From: Myxococcales bacterium
Lineage (GTDB): Bacteria; Myxococcota_A; Polyangia; Polyangiales; Polyangiaceae
Length of the DNA: 50,565 nucleotides
Direction: 5' to 3'
NCBI GenBank assembly: GCA_043747615.1
Contig: JAYTOU010000070.1
Coordinates: 1 to 50,565, forward strand
A program made the position numbers and the translations under genes. The number at the start of each line of letters is the position of its first letter. Position 1 is the first letter of the stretch. Below the pieces are notes generated by a model. The model ran no database searches, had not been told where the DNA came from, and was given only the letters and a program-made list of their open reading frames with translations. Positions 9,104-18,877 of this stretch are shown piece after piece.

Positions 9104-10048
9104 TTAGACCGCGCGCGACGGCTGCATCCAGGGCTTCGAAAGGTATCGGTCCCATGAGTCGGGCAATAGCGTCACGACAGGACCAGTAATGCCGTCCCGC
9201 GCTGCGATCCTGAGCGCGACAACGACCGCGGTCCCCGCCGAGCCGCCGACGAAGAGCCCCTCTTCGCGAACGAGGCGATGGACCATCGCGAAGCTATCGG
9301 TGTCAGAAACGCTTTCGGCGCTGTCGATCACGCTGCGGTCGAGGATCGCGGGTGGCTTGCTCGTGCCGATTCCTTCGACCTCATAGGCGGCGTCGGGGCC
9401 AACGATCCCATCCGCGGCCCACCGAGCGAGACCAGAGCCGACGGGGTCCGCAAGGACGATTTGGACGTTCAGTACGTGACGTTTCAGGAACCGGCCAACC
9501 CCGGTGATGGTGCCCCCCGTGCCGGCTCCAGCGACGAACGCTCCGATCCGAGCGCCCGTCTGTTCGAGGAGCTCGGGGCCCGTGGTCTCCTCGTGGGCGC
9601 GGACGTTCACGGGATTGCGGAACTGGTCGGTGAGGAACCACCCCTCTTCATCTGCGAGGCGACGGGCAACGTTCTGGAAATTCTCAGGACTATCCGGCGG
9701 CGCGTTCGGAGTGATCACGACGCGCGCGCCGAGGGCCGTAAGCGCAGCTCGTTTGTCGACGGACATTTTCTCCGGCAGTACGCAAACGAGCTTGTAGCCT
9801 CGCACGGCGGCGACGAGCGCGAGCCCCATTCCCGTGTTTCCGGCCGTCGCCTCGATCAGGGTCGCGCCGGGCTTCAGGAGATTGCGTCGTTCGGCATCGT
9901 CGACGATGGCGAGGGCGATCCGGTCTTTCACGCTTCCTCCCGGATTTAGATGCTCGCACTTCACGAGGATCGAAACCGGGAGGCCATGCCCGATGTGTCG
10001 CAGCCGCACGAGCGGCGTGTGCCCAATGTGATCGAGAATCGTCGACAT
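9104..10048 (-). CDS. PLP-dependent cysteine synthase / cystathionine beta-synthase family protein
   Basis: IGHTPLVRL, NPGGSVKDR (PLP Lys), ATAGNTG, GAGTGGT, VEGIG, GGSAG. Confidence 0.9.
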   Translation of the reverse strand: MSTILDHIGHTPLVRLRHIGHGLPVSILVKCEHLNPGGSVKDRIALAIVDDAERRNLLKPGATLIEATAGNTGMGLALVAAVRGYKLVCVLPEKMSVDKRAALTALGARVVITPNAPPDSPENFQNVARRLADEEGWFLTDQFRNPVNVRAHEETTGPELLEQTGARIGAFVAGAGTGGTITGVGRFLKRHVLNVQIVLADPVGSGLARWAADGIVGPDAAYEVEGIGTSKPPAILDRSVIDSAESVSDTDSFAMVHRLVREEGLFVGGSAGTAVVVALRIAARDGITGPVVTLLPDSWDRYLSKPWMQPSRAV

Positions 10049-10294
10049 TGGGCGGAGCTTAGCTTGCCGCGACGCGACTGGAGGGCTCGTCGTCAAGGAG
10101 GCGTCGCAGAAAAGCGCTATGGAGAAGGACCATCGCGACCATCCCGAAATAACGCGACGGGGTCCTCTGGAAATCCGCGTCGTTCTGTACCTGCTCGCGG
10201 TTCCTTGGGAGGGCCGTCGCGACGGCGTCGCCGTCTACCCTCGAACGTTGGAATGCCGATCCCGTTTACCGTCCCCAATGGTATGTGACGAGCA

Positions 10295-11270
10295 ATGGCG
10301 TCGCGCACGATCCGCCCGAACCTCGCGAAGCTCTCGGGCTCGGTGGCCTACCGCGCGATCCTCGGCGAGGTCAGCGCGCTGCTCGAAAGCGCACGGCGAG
10401 CGGCCGCCCGCGCGGTGAACACCGTCATGACGACCACGTACTGGGAAATCGGTCGCCGGCTCGTTGAGCACGAGCAGCGCGGGAGGGCGCGGGCCGCGTA
10501 CGGCGCTGCGCTCCTGCGCCGGCTATCGAAGGATCTGGCAGGACGCTTCGGTCGCGGATTCTCGGAGCGCAACCTCGAACAGATGCAGCGCTTCTACCTG
10601 ACGTGGCCCATTTCGCAGACGCTGTCTTCGAAATTCCAGGAAGGACCGGCACTCGCGCCGCGATCCAAGATTTCGCAGACGCTGTCTGCGAAGTCCCAAG
10701 ACCACATTGCGCCAAGCTTCCCTCTGCCGTGGTCCCACTATGTTCGCCTCCTCGCTGTCAGGAACGAGAACGCCCGGGCGTTCTACGAGTACGAGGCTCT
10801 CCGCGGTGGTTGGACGGCCCGCCAGCTCGACCGACATCTCAAAGCTCGAGACGTTCCTACTTGAGCTCGGCGGCGATTTCACCTTCGTTGGTCGCCAGCG
10901 CCGATTGCGCGTCGGAGATGAGTGGTTTCGGATCGACCTGCTTTTCTTTCACCGGCGCCTGCGATGCCTCGTGGTGATCGACCTCAAGCTGGGGAAGTTC
11001 AGCCACGCCGACGCGGGCCAGATGCACCTATACTTGAACTACGCCCGGGAGCACTGGATGGTGTCCGGCGAGAATCCTCCGGTCGGGATCATCCTCTGCG
11101 CCGAGAAGGACGAGGCGGTCGTCCGATACGCGCTCGAAGGCTTACCCAACAAGGTGCTGGCTGCGGCGTATCGGACAACGTTGCCTGCAGAAGAAGTTCT
11201 CGCCGCCCAGCTTCGAAAATCCGCGAGGCTCCTGACAACCCGGACTCCACGCCGCTCGACACCCCGCTGA
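10295..11270 (+). pseudogene. DUF1016/YhcG PD-(D/E)XK nuclease-domain protein, split by an internal deletion
   Basis: N-half YWEIGR...GRGFSERNL...LPWSHY...GWTARQLDR; C-half FLLELG..F.FVGRQ...IDLLFFH..LRCLVVIDLK...GQMHLY in another frame; the central DPY region is missing near 10835. Confidence 0.85.
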
Positions 11271-11284
11271 CGATGGGGCGAGTT

Positions 11285-11360
11285 GGGTGTCCCATGGGTG
11301 TCCCAAGCCTCGCGGAAACGGACGGAAACAGACGGCAGCCAACGGGAACGTTTGGGACAC
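11285..11360. repeat. putative integrase arm-type sites (GGGTGTCCCA x2, 11-bp period, plus inverted TTGGGACAC)
   Basis: Direct copies at 11285 and 11296 and an inverted copy at 11352-11360, about 80-150 bp inside the att core. Confidence 0.6.
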
Positions 11361-11437
11361 GGCATCTTGCGTTAACACGGTGACTTAGGGGCCAAGACCG
11401 CGTCACTACTTGGTTATCTCAAGATGCCGATCTCAAT

Positions 11438-11458
11438 TTCAATTCCCGTTGGGGTCAC
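11438..11458 (+). repeat. att core duplication of the tRNA 3' end (distal island boundary)
   Basis: Identical to positions 1-21, then diverges (TG instead of CA). Confidence 0.92.
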
Positions 11459-11859
11459 TGGTTTTCTCTGTATCATTCCGCGCGGATGTAACTTTTCACG
11501 GCGGATTTTGGACAGCTCGGTGGACAACCCCACCGATTCGCAGAGGTCGTCGGGGAGCGCCGGCCGGCGTCGACGGTTCCGTCCTCGATTGATCCATCGG
11601 CGAGAAGGGCATCCGTCGCGGCCGCGTCGCTGTTCGGTGATACGGCCGCGTCGTCGCCGCAGCCGGTAGCTTGCGCGTTCACGACGTGCGACGACGAATC
11701 GGGCGACGCGGGAGCCAGTATTGGCGGCTCCTCAACGACCACGTGTGCGCCGTGAACACCCAGCGAACCATTGGCGCCATTCCGCGCAGTAGAAAAGTTC
11801 CGACGATGAACTCGCCGCTAGTTGGGACAGCACGGGCACCCGCTGTTAGCGTTGCCGCC

Positions 11860-12141
11860 ATGCGAACCGTTGCCCCCATTGCGTTGGCCATCCTTGGACT
11901 GATGACGTACGGATGCAGCTCAACAAGCAGCACGCCGAAAACGCCGCCCACATGCGCGCAGCTTCAAACGCAGATCAATGCGTGTACGAATATCTCCCAG
12001 GCCGCAAAGGATTCACTAGGTCCTTTCTGCGCGACGGCATCCGACGCATGTCGGTCATGTCTTGACGGACAGCTTTGTGGAGCCACCGAGCAGTGTGACC
12101 CGCAATGCCACAAGATCGCTGATGCGGGCGGGGGTGGCTGA
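11860..12141 (+). CDS. small Cys-rich lipoprotein
   Basis: Signal peptide MRTVAPIALAILGLMTYG-C, 8 further Cys, TAGCGT -10-like hexamer 7 nt upstream. Confidence 0.65.
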   Translation: MRTVAPIALAILGLMTYGCSSTSSTPKTPPTCAQLQTQINACTNISQAAKDSLGPFCATASDACRSCLDGQLCGATEQCDPQCHKIADAGGGG

Positions 12142-12144
12142 GAC

Positions 12145-12440
12145 GCGCGAGGCCTTTCTCCGTCTCGCGGTCCACCTGCTTCGTGATGTGAAAGCGCCCA
12201 TGCGTGAAGTCGAGATCGCCAGCGGTTAGCGCCGCGATCTCGTTCGAGCGCGCTGCGAAGTAGACGGCCACGGCGTACACGCCGCGTCGGCGGGCGGGCA
12301 CTTCTTCGCATTCGAGAAGCTGTAGAAACTCGTCGGGGTCCAGGGGTCCAGGATGACGCGACTTCGACCGTCCCCATTGTCGGGCCCGCGCACTTTCGTT
12401 ACCGGGTTGACGGTGCGGTGAGCACGCGCAGGCGTCGCTC
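12145..12440 (-). pseudogene. second tyrosine integrase fragment
   Basis: NPVTKVRGPD...ILDP / DEFLQLLECEEVPARRRGVYAVAVYFAARSNEIAALTAGDLDF. The frame is broken by an 8-bp tandem duplication (GGGGTCCA x2, 12335-12350), and both ends are truncated. Confidence 0.7.
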
Positions 12441-12537
12441 TTCGAGTTGCAGGCCTCGTCGAAGGCACACGTCAGATCGCCTCAAGCGGGAGGTCATTCC
12501 CACTTTCACCAGGTAACGTTACTTCGGCAAATGCTTG

Positions 12538-12588
12538 TTCCATTATTATGGAATCATAGCTTGCGGAGTTGCTTCGAGGATACTAGAA
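12538..12588. promoter_or_regulatory. two putative ArsR operator boxes (TTC-N10-GAA)
   Basis: TTCCATTATTATGGAA (12538-12553) and TTCGAGGATACTAGAA (12573-12588), immediately upstream of arsR. Confidence 0.6.
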
Positions 12589-12595
12589 GTAGGTT

Positions 12596-12904
12596 GTGAC
12601 CTCGAAGCTGGATCGCCGCGCCGAGCAGCTGAGTGCCCTGGGCCACTCCGTTCGGCTCAAGATCCTCCGATTCGTCGTGCAAGCGGGCGTCGAAGGCTCC
12701 GCAGCGGGCGACATCCAGGCTCACGTCGAGCTGCCAGCGTCCACGTTGAGTCATCACCTGAAGCGGCTGGTCGACGCCGGGGTGCTCTCCACCCGATCCG
12801 AGGGAACCTTCCACTTCTACGCCGCCGACTACACCGCCCTCCGCGCTCTCACCGACTACCTTTGGGAAGACTGCTGCAAGCGCGGCAAGTCCGGCTGCTG
12901 CTGA
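12596..12904 (+). CDS. arsR: ArsR/SmtB family As(III)-responsive repressor
   Basis: ALGHSVRLKIL...STLSHHLKRL wHTH; C-terminal EDCC...GCC; heads the ars operon. Confidence 0.9.
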   Translation: MTSKLDRRAEQLSALGHSVRLKILRFVVQAGVEGSAAGDIQAHVELPASTLSHHLKRLVDAGVLSTRSEGTFHFYAADYTALRALTDYLWEDCCKRGKSGCC

Positions 12905-12930
12905 GCAAAGCCTTTTTTTTGCGCTTAATG

Positions 12931-12946
12931 TTCGAGTATTTTGGAA
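12931..12946. promoter_or_regulatory. third TTC-N10-GAA box, upstream of arsM
   Basis: TTCGAGTATTTTGGAA, resembling the boxes before arsR. Confidence 0.55.
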
Positions 12947-12976
12947 GTAGTTAACCCCACACACGAGGAGTCGATC

Positions 12977-13894
12977 ATGAAGAACCCTAGCGTTCAAAAA
13001 TCCGAGAAGACCTGCTGCGCCCCAAGCTGCTGCGAGGGCGACAACGCCGCGGCGAAGGCCGAGACCGCAAAGGTCGACGACGCCGTTCGTGAGACGGTCA
13101 AGGAGCGCTACGGCCAGGCGGTCGCGGCAGTCATGAAAGGCTCGAAGCCTTCGTGCTGTGGGTCGTCTGCAGCGCCGGGCATCCGCGGCACGGACCCGAT
13201 CACGCGCAACCTCTACGACGCGGAGCAGGCGGGCGGCGTGCCCGATGACGCCTTGCTCGCCTCCTTCGGCTGCGGCAACCCCACCGCCCTCGCCAATCTG
13301 AACCCCGGCGAGACCGTGCTCGACCTCGGCTCAGGGGGCGGCATCGACGTGCTTCTGTCGGCCAAGCGGGTCGGCCCCACCGGCAAGGCGTACGGGCTCG
13401 ACATGACCGACGAGATGCTCGACCTCGCCATGAAGAACAAGGCGAAGGCGGGCGCGGCGAACGTGGAGTTCTTGAAAGGACACATCGAGGCAATCCCGCT
13501 ACCGGCCGCCTCGGTGGACGTGATCATCTCCAACTGCGTCATCAACCTCTCCACCGACAAGGACAAGGTGCTCGGCGAAGCCTTCCGCGTGCTGCGCTCG
13601 GGGGGTAGGTTCGCCGTCTCCGACATCGTGGTTCGCCGCGAGCTTCCCGAACCGGTGAGGAAGTCGATGGAGCTGTGGAGCGGGTGCATCGCAGGGGCGC
13701 TTCTGGAAAAGGAGTACGTCGCCAAGTTGAAGGCCGCCGGGTTCATCGACATCGAGGTCGAGCCGACCCGCATCTATACGAAGGAGGACACCGCGGAGAT
13801 GACGTCGTCCTGCTGCGGCGAAGAGGCCGAGACGGCCCTCGAGGCCCTGGACGGCGCCGTCATGAGCGCCTTCATCCGCGCGACGAAGCCATGA
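12977..13894 (+). CDS. arsM: arsenite S-adenosylmethionine methyltransferase
   Basis: [45 protein letters not shown]. Confidence 0.95.
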   Translation: MKNPSVQKSEKTCCAPSCCEGDNAAAKAETAKVDDAVRETVKERYGQAVAAVMKGSKPSCCGSSAAPGIRGTDPITRNLYDAEQAGGVPDDALLASFGCGNPTALANLNPGETVLDLGSGGGIDVLLSAKRVGPTGKAYGLDMTDEMLDLAMKNKAKAGAANVEFLKGHIEAIPLPAASVDVIISNCVINLSTDKDKVLGEAFRVLRSGGRFAVSDIVVRRELPEPVRKSMELWSGCIAGALLEKEYVAKLKAAGFIDIEVEPTRIYTKEDTAEMTSSCCGEEAETALEALDGAVMSAFIRATKP

Positions 13895-14907
13895 GCACGC
13901 GCACCAAGGTCGGCATCAACGGGTTCGGCCGTATGGGTCGGCTCGCGCTTCGAGCGGCATGGCGTTGGCCCGACTTCGAGTTCGTCCACATCAACGAGCT
14001 GAAGGGCGGGCCCAAAGTCGGCGCGCATCTCCTCGCGTTCGACTCGGTGCACGGTCGATGGGACCAAGAGGTCGTCACCGCGGCGGACGCCATCGCCATC
14101 GCGGGGAAGGCCATCCCCTTCACCGGATACGCCACGCCGGCAGAGGTGCCGTGGAAGGAGCACGGGGTCGAGATCGTCCTCGAGTGCTCTGGGAAGTTCA
14201 GGACCCCGGCGCTCATCGCTCCCTACTTCGCGGTCGGAGTGAAGAAGGTCATCGTCGCCGCCCCCGTCAAGGAGGGCGCGCTCAACGTCGTCGTCGGGGT
14301 GAACGATCACCTCTACGACCCGGAGAAGCACCACTTGCTCACGGCGGCTTCCTGCACGACCAACTGCCTTGCTCCCGTGGTGAAGGTCATTCACGAGGGC
14401 ATCGGCATCCGCCACGGTGTGATCACCACCATCCACGACATGACGAACACCCAGACGGTCGTTGATGCGCCCCACGAGGATCTTCGGCGAGCACGGGCCA
14501 GCAGCCTCTCCCTCATTCCGACGAGCACCGGGTCGGCGACGGCGATCTCGTTGATCTACCCCGAGCTGAAGGGAAAGTTGAACGGCCTCGCCGTGCGGGT
14601 GCCCCTCTTGAATGCGTCGCTCACCGATTGCGTCTTCGAGGTCTCTCGGCCGACGACGACGGACGAAGTGAACGCGCTCCTCAAGACTGCCGCGGAGGGG
14701 CCGCTGAAGGGCATCCTGGGCTATGAAGAGCGCCCGCTGGTTTCGGTGGACTACAAGGACGATACGCGATCGGCGATCATCGACGCCCCATCGACCATGG
14801 TGGTGGACGACACGAGCGTGAAGATCCTCGCCTGGTATGACAACGAGATCGGCTACGTGCACCGCATGATGGAGCTCGCCCGCACGGTTGCCCAGAGCCT
14901 TCGGTGA
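13891..14907 (+). CDS. ArsJ-associated glyceraldehyde-3-phosphate dehydrogenase
   Basis: [26 protein letters not shown] overlap with arsM and GTGA overlap with arsJ. Confidence 0.93.
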   Translation: MSTRTKVGINGFGRMGRLALRAAWRWPDFEFVHINELKGGPKVGAHLLAFDSVHGRWDQEVVTAADAIAIAGKAIPFTGYATPAEVPWKEHGVEIVLECSGKFRTPALIAPYFAVGVKKVIVAAPVKEGALNVVVGVNDHLYDPEKHHLLTAASCTTNCLAPVVKVIHEGIGIRHGVITTIHDMTNTQTVVDAPHEDLRRARASSLSLIPTSTGSATAISLIYPELKGKLNGLAVRVPLLNASLTDCVFEVSRPTTTDEVNALLKTAAEGPLKGILGYEERPLVSVDYKDDTRSAIIDAPSTMVVDDTSVKILAWYDNEIGYVHRMMELARTVAQSLR

Positions 14908-16160
14908 GCTCGTTGAGCGCCATCCGCAACTACAGCCTCGTGACCGCCGCCTACTGGGCGTTCACGTTGACGGACGGCGCGCTGCGGATGCTCGTCCTCT
15001 TGCATTTCCACGAGCTGGGCTACACGCCGGTCCAGCTCGCGTTCCTGTTTCTCTTCTACGAGCTCTTCGGCGTCGTCACCAACTTGCTGGGCGGCTGGAT
15101 CGCCTCGCGGATGGGTCTGCGTGTGACTCTCCTTGGCGGGCTCGCCCTCCAGGTGGTCTCGCTCGTGCTCCTCGGCATGGTGAACCCTGCGTGGCCGAAG
15201 CTCACGTCCGTCGGCTACGTCATGAGCGCCCAGTCGCTTTCGGGCATCGCCAAGGACCTCACGAAGATGAGCGCCAAGAGCACGACCAAGCTCCTGGTAC
15301 CCGAAACCAACGAGTCGTCGCTCTTCAAATGGGTGGCAATCCTCACGGGCTCGAAGAACGCGCTCAAGGGCGTGGGATTTTTTCTTGGCGGTCTCCTGCT
15401 CACGGCATGGGGCTACCGGCACGCGCTCTTCGGGATGGCCGCGGCTCTCTTCATCGTCCTCGCCGGCTCCTTCTTTTCCCTCCCGCGCGGGCTGGGGAAG
15501 TCGAAGTCCAAGAGTAAATTTAAGGGGCTTCTGTCGAAGACGCGCGAGGTGAACATCCTCTCGGCTGCGCGGTTCTTCCTCTTCGGCGCGAGGGACATCT
15601 GGTTCGTCGTTGGCGTGCCCGTCTTCTTGTCAGAGAACCTCGGCTGGGGGTTCGCCGAGATCGGCACCTTCCTAGCTGTCTGGGTGATTGGGTATGGGGT
15701 CATCCAGTCGGGCGCCCCGCTCCTCATTGGCCGGTGGACCGGTGGCCGAGCGCCCCAAGGGCGAACCGCCCAGGTCCTCGCCTTCGTCCTCGCGGGCGTC
15801 ACAGCGATCGTCGCCGCCGGGATCGTCGCGGGCTACGCGCCGGTAGTCGTCATCCTGGTCGGCCTGGGCATCTTCGGCGCCGTCTTCGCGGTCAACTCCT
15901 CCGTCCACTCGTACTTGATCCTTGCGTACTCGGACGGAGACAAGGTGGCGACGAACGTGGGCTTCTATTACATGGCCAACGCCGGGGGCCGCCTCGTAGG
16001 GACGCTTCTGTCGGGCGTGATGTTTCAAGTTGCCGGGGTCACGGGTTGCCTATGGACCTCGGTGGCGTTCGCAGCGATGGCGGGGGTTGTCTCTCTCGGC
16101 CTGCCGAAGAAGGAGTCCTCGACGTTGATGACGGAGATGAAAACCGAGGGGGCGGATTGA
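14904..16160 (+). CDS. arsJ: organoarsenical efflux MFS transporter ArsJ
   Basis: [66 protein letters not shown]; downstream of gapdh. Confidence 0.93.
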   Translation: MSSLSAIRNYSLVTAAYWAFTLTDGALRMLVLLHFHELGYTPVQLAFLFLFYELFGVVTNLLGGWIASRMGLRVTLLGGLALQVVSLVLLGMVNPAWPKLTSVGYVMSAQSLSGIAKDLTKMSAKSTTKLLVPETNESSLFKWVAILTGSKNALKGVGFFLGGLLLTAWGYRHALFGMAAALFIVLAGSFFSLPRGLGKSKSKSKFKGLLSKTREVNILSAARFFLFGARDIWFVVGVPVFLSENLGWGFAEIGTFLAVWVIGYGVIQSGAPLLIGRWTGGRAPQGRTAQVLAFVLAGVTAIVAAGIVAGYAPVVVILVGLGIFGAVFAVNSSVHSYLILAYSDGDKVATNVGFYYMANAGGRLVGTLLSGVMFQVAGVTGCLWTSVAFAAMAGVVSLGLPKKESSTLMTEMKTEGAD

Positions 16161-16199
16161 CTACGCGGCGTGCGGTTTTGAAACTCATCGCCCGTGACG

Positions 16200-16734
16200 A
16201 GCGGGCACGTCGGCCCGAATGGAGCACAGGGTCAAGGTCAAGGTGCCGCTCAAGGCTCGGGGACCGTGCGTCCTCCGGCTCCCCCTCCCCCTCCCGCACC
16301 ACCGCCGCTCCCGCCCACGCCGGCACCCGCCCTGCCCCCCCGCACCTGCGTACGTACCGCCCGCGCCTCCTGCGACCGCGAGATACGAAGCTCCGCAGCC
16401 GGCGTCGCCACCCATTCGCGCCGAATCGGGCTTCGCGACCTGCGCAAATACAAGGGTGGGCTTCTGGTCAGGATTTCATTTTGGACCGTGCATTGGTTTC
16501 GCGACGCGCGGCGAGATCATCGGCTTCGATCTCGAGCTTGATGTCTTCGCGGGCGGAACGGTGCCGACCGTGGACTTTCTCGTCCCTATCTCGATCGTGA
16601 TCCCGATTGGTGCGCGCGACGATCTCTGGGACGGAGCCTACGTCCGTGTGGGTCCGCAGTTGGGCTACAGCATCACCACCGGAAAGCCGTCGGACGGATT
16701 TTTTCGTCTCGGCGGTCACGTCGGGTTCGGGTAG
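16200..16734 (+). pseudogene. fragment of a Pro-rich / beta-strand outer-membrane-like protein
   Basis: A poly-Pro stretch continues after a frame change into alternating hydrophobic strands ending RLGGHVGFG; no clear start. Confidence 0.35.
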
Positions 16735-17096
16735 ACGACTGGCGCCCTCCGAGCCACGCTCAGCCGGGCGCATGGGTAACCTGATGGCATCGTGCCGTGC
16801 GAAAGTTTCTTCTCGTCGGGTTTGGCTGCGCATGAGTCACGCAGACCGAGCAAGCGGCGACGCGACGGTTGTGGCTGGACTATTTAGCGTCTAGGAATGC
16901 GACGATGAAAGCCCGCTCCGTCGAGCTTGGACGCCCCGCTCGCTTCGACCAGCGTTGGAGCGGAAGCCTACGTCGAGGAAGCGCTTCGCTGGGCACTACC
17001 TGCCGACGTGCGGGCAACGCCCCTACCTTCGACCGCGCTGCAGCCAGCAGCGAAAGCTTCTCCGGAACGCATCGTGTTCGCTGACGACAACCGCCC

Positions 17097-17513
17097 GTGA
17101 TTCCCGAGGCGCGAGGCAGACAGCCCGGCGCACTTCGCGTCTTGGTCGTCGACGACAACGAGGACGCGGCGGAAATGCTCTCCGACGCCCTCGGCATGCT
17201 GGGATGCGACGCGCGAGTCGCCTACGACGGCGCCGAAGCCATCCGCATCGCCCACGAGTTCGACCCCGAGCTTGCCCTGCTCGACATCGGCCTCCCCGTC
17301 ATGGACGGGTACGAGCTCGCGGGGCATCTACGCAGGGCCGCGCGCGGAGAGCAGCTTCGGCTCGTTGCGGTCACCGGGTATGGCCAAGATTCCGATCGGA
17401 TCCGTGCTGCCCAGGCAGGCTTCGACGCGCACTTGGTCAAACCCGTAGAGCTGCAAATAGTCATTGAACTGATCGACGACTGCCGAAAGCGCGTTGGCGG
17501 GCGCCCGTCCTAG
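17097..17513 (+). CDS. single-domain response regulator (REC)
   Basis: VLVVDDN, LLDIGLP, VTGYG, LVKP. Confidence 0.85.
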   Translation: MIPEARGRQPGALRVLVVDDNEDAAEMLSDALGMLGCDARVAYDGAEAIRIAHEFDPELALLDIGLPVMDGYELAGHLRRAARGEQLRLVAVTGYGQDSDRIRAAQAGFDAHLVKPVELQIVIELIDDCRKRVGGRPS

Positions 17514-17792
17514 CTCACCGTCACAGAGGCGATAACTTCCCCGACACAGAGGGCTTCTGGAAGAGGCAGGCTCATTCGTCTGCCGGCAGTTTCCCTCGCG
17601 GACGAAGGTCAACCAGGGCTCCGAGCGTGCGCTGTGGCGGAATGCGTCGCCGAGATGCGGCTGCGAATCTCGGTAAGGATGCGTGACATTCGTCGCTGCC
17701 GTGTGTTGGTGAGGCGACCGTTGCCGTCGGCCGTCGAAAATCAATCGCCTCCACTACATATGCACTCTACATGTTAGCGCCCCGCGTCGATT

Positions 17793-17808
17793 CGGAACGC
17801 AGATTGCA
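17793..17808 (+). promoter_or_regulatory. putative sigma54 promoter
   Basis: CGGAACG-CAGA-TTGCA (GG-N10-GC), 12 nt before the ATG at 17821. Confidence 0.55.
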
Positions 17809-17820
17809 GAGTCGCGGCGC

Positions 17821-18870
17821 ATGACGAAGCGTTCACGGCGGGAGTTCATCGCCCTTTCAACTGCAGGCGTAACGCTCGCGATGGGAAGTGGTTGTGCTCG
17901 CGCCGCGCCACCCCCTGCCGCTCGCGTTGCGACGAATGCAACGGCTCCGATACCGCGTCGCGCGTTGGGAAAGACGGGAGTACAAGTTTCGATCCTCGGT
18001 ATTGGCGGCTCTCATCTCGGGGAGGTGAAGGAGGAGACCAGCGCGATTCGCATCGTGCACGAAGCCATCGACGCGGGGATCAATTTCATGGACAACGCGT
18101 GGGAATACCACGACGGAAAGAGCGAGGAGATCATGGGGCGCGCACTCGCCGGTGGCTTCCGCGCCAAGGTCTTTCTCATGACCAAGGTCTGCTCGCACGG
18201 TCGCGGTGCCAGCGTCGCCATGCAACAGCTCGAAGATTCACTGCGCAGACTGGGAACCGACCACCTCGATCTCTGGCAGGTGCACGAGTGCGTCTACGAC
18301 AATGATCCCGACCGGCACTTCGCCAAAGGTGGCGTCATCGAGGCCATCGACAAAGCAAAGCAACAGGGCAAGGTGCGCTTCGCGGGTTTCACCGGGCACA
18401 AGAGCCCCGACATTCACCTAAAAATGCTTTCGTACAATTATCCGTTCGACACCGTGCAGATGCCCCTCAACTGCTTCGACGCAACCTTCCGCAGCTTCGA
18501 GCAGCGAGTCATGCCCGAGCTCGTGAAGAGAGGCATCGCGCCCATCGGGATGAAGAGCCTCACCGGCCACGGTGAGCCCGTCTCCAAGGGCGTCGTTACG
18601 GCCGCCGAGGCTCTTCACTACGCGATGAGCGTGCGCGGAGTGGCAACCACTGTCAGCGGGATCGACAGCCTCGACATCCTCCGCCAAAATCTGGCCGTTG
18701 CGCGCGGAATGACTCCGATGACGGAGGAGCAAATGGTCGCCCTGCGATCACGCGTTGCCGACGCCGCGGCTGACGGACATCTCGAGCTCTACAAGACGAC
18801 GACGCACTTCGACGGCAAGGTCGGGCGCGAGCAGCACGGATATCCACTAAAGGACGAGCTCCCGCTCTGA
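17821..18870 (+). CDS. aldo/keto reductase with a Tat signal peptide
   Basis: SRREFI twin-arginine motif; LGKTG, DNAWEY, MTKV, LGTDHLDLWQVH. Confidence 0.88.
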   Translation: MTKRSRREFIALSTAGVTLAMGSGCARAAPPPAARVATNATAPIPRRALGKTGVQVSILGIGGSHLGEVKEETSAIRIVHEAIDAGINFMDNAWEYHDGKSEEIMGRALAGGFRAKVFLMTKVCSHGRGASVAMQQLEDSLRRLGTDHLDLWQVHECVYDNDPDRHFAKGGVIEAIDKAKQQGKVRFAGFTGHKSPDIHLKMLSYNYPFDTVQMPLNCFDATFRSFEQRVMPELVKRGIAPIGMKSLTGHGEPVSKGVVTAAEALHYAMSVRGVATTVSGIDSLDILRQNLAVARGMTPMTEEQMVALRSRVADAAADGHLELYKTTTHFDGKVGREQHGYPLKDELPL

Positions 18871-18877
18871 GAACCCC

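Larger units (their letters stand above)
1..11458. mobile_element. tRNA-anchored genomic island (~11.4 kb) carrying a selenium/sulfur metabolism cluster
   Basis: Exact 21-bp direct repeat TTCAATTCCCGTTGGGGTCAC at 1-21 and 11438-11458. An integrase remnant sits beside the tRNA, arm-type repeats occur at both ends, and a DUF1016 gene lies at the distal end. Confidence 0.9.

Noticed and set aside
10610..10688. ATTTCGCAGACGCTGTCT direct repeat
   Set aside because: It encodes the ISQTLS repeats usual in the variable linker of DUF1016 proteins; two copies only, not a CRISPR array
11473..11790. minus-strand DAG-rich lipoprotein fragment
   Set aside because: GCGDDAA...DAG text is suggestive, but there is no coherent start or signal peptide; too degraded to call
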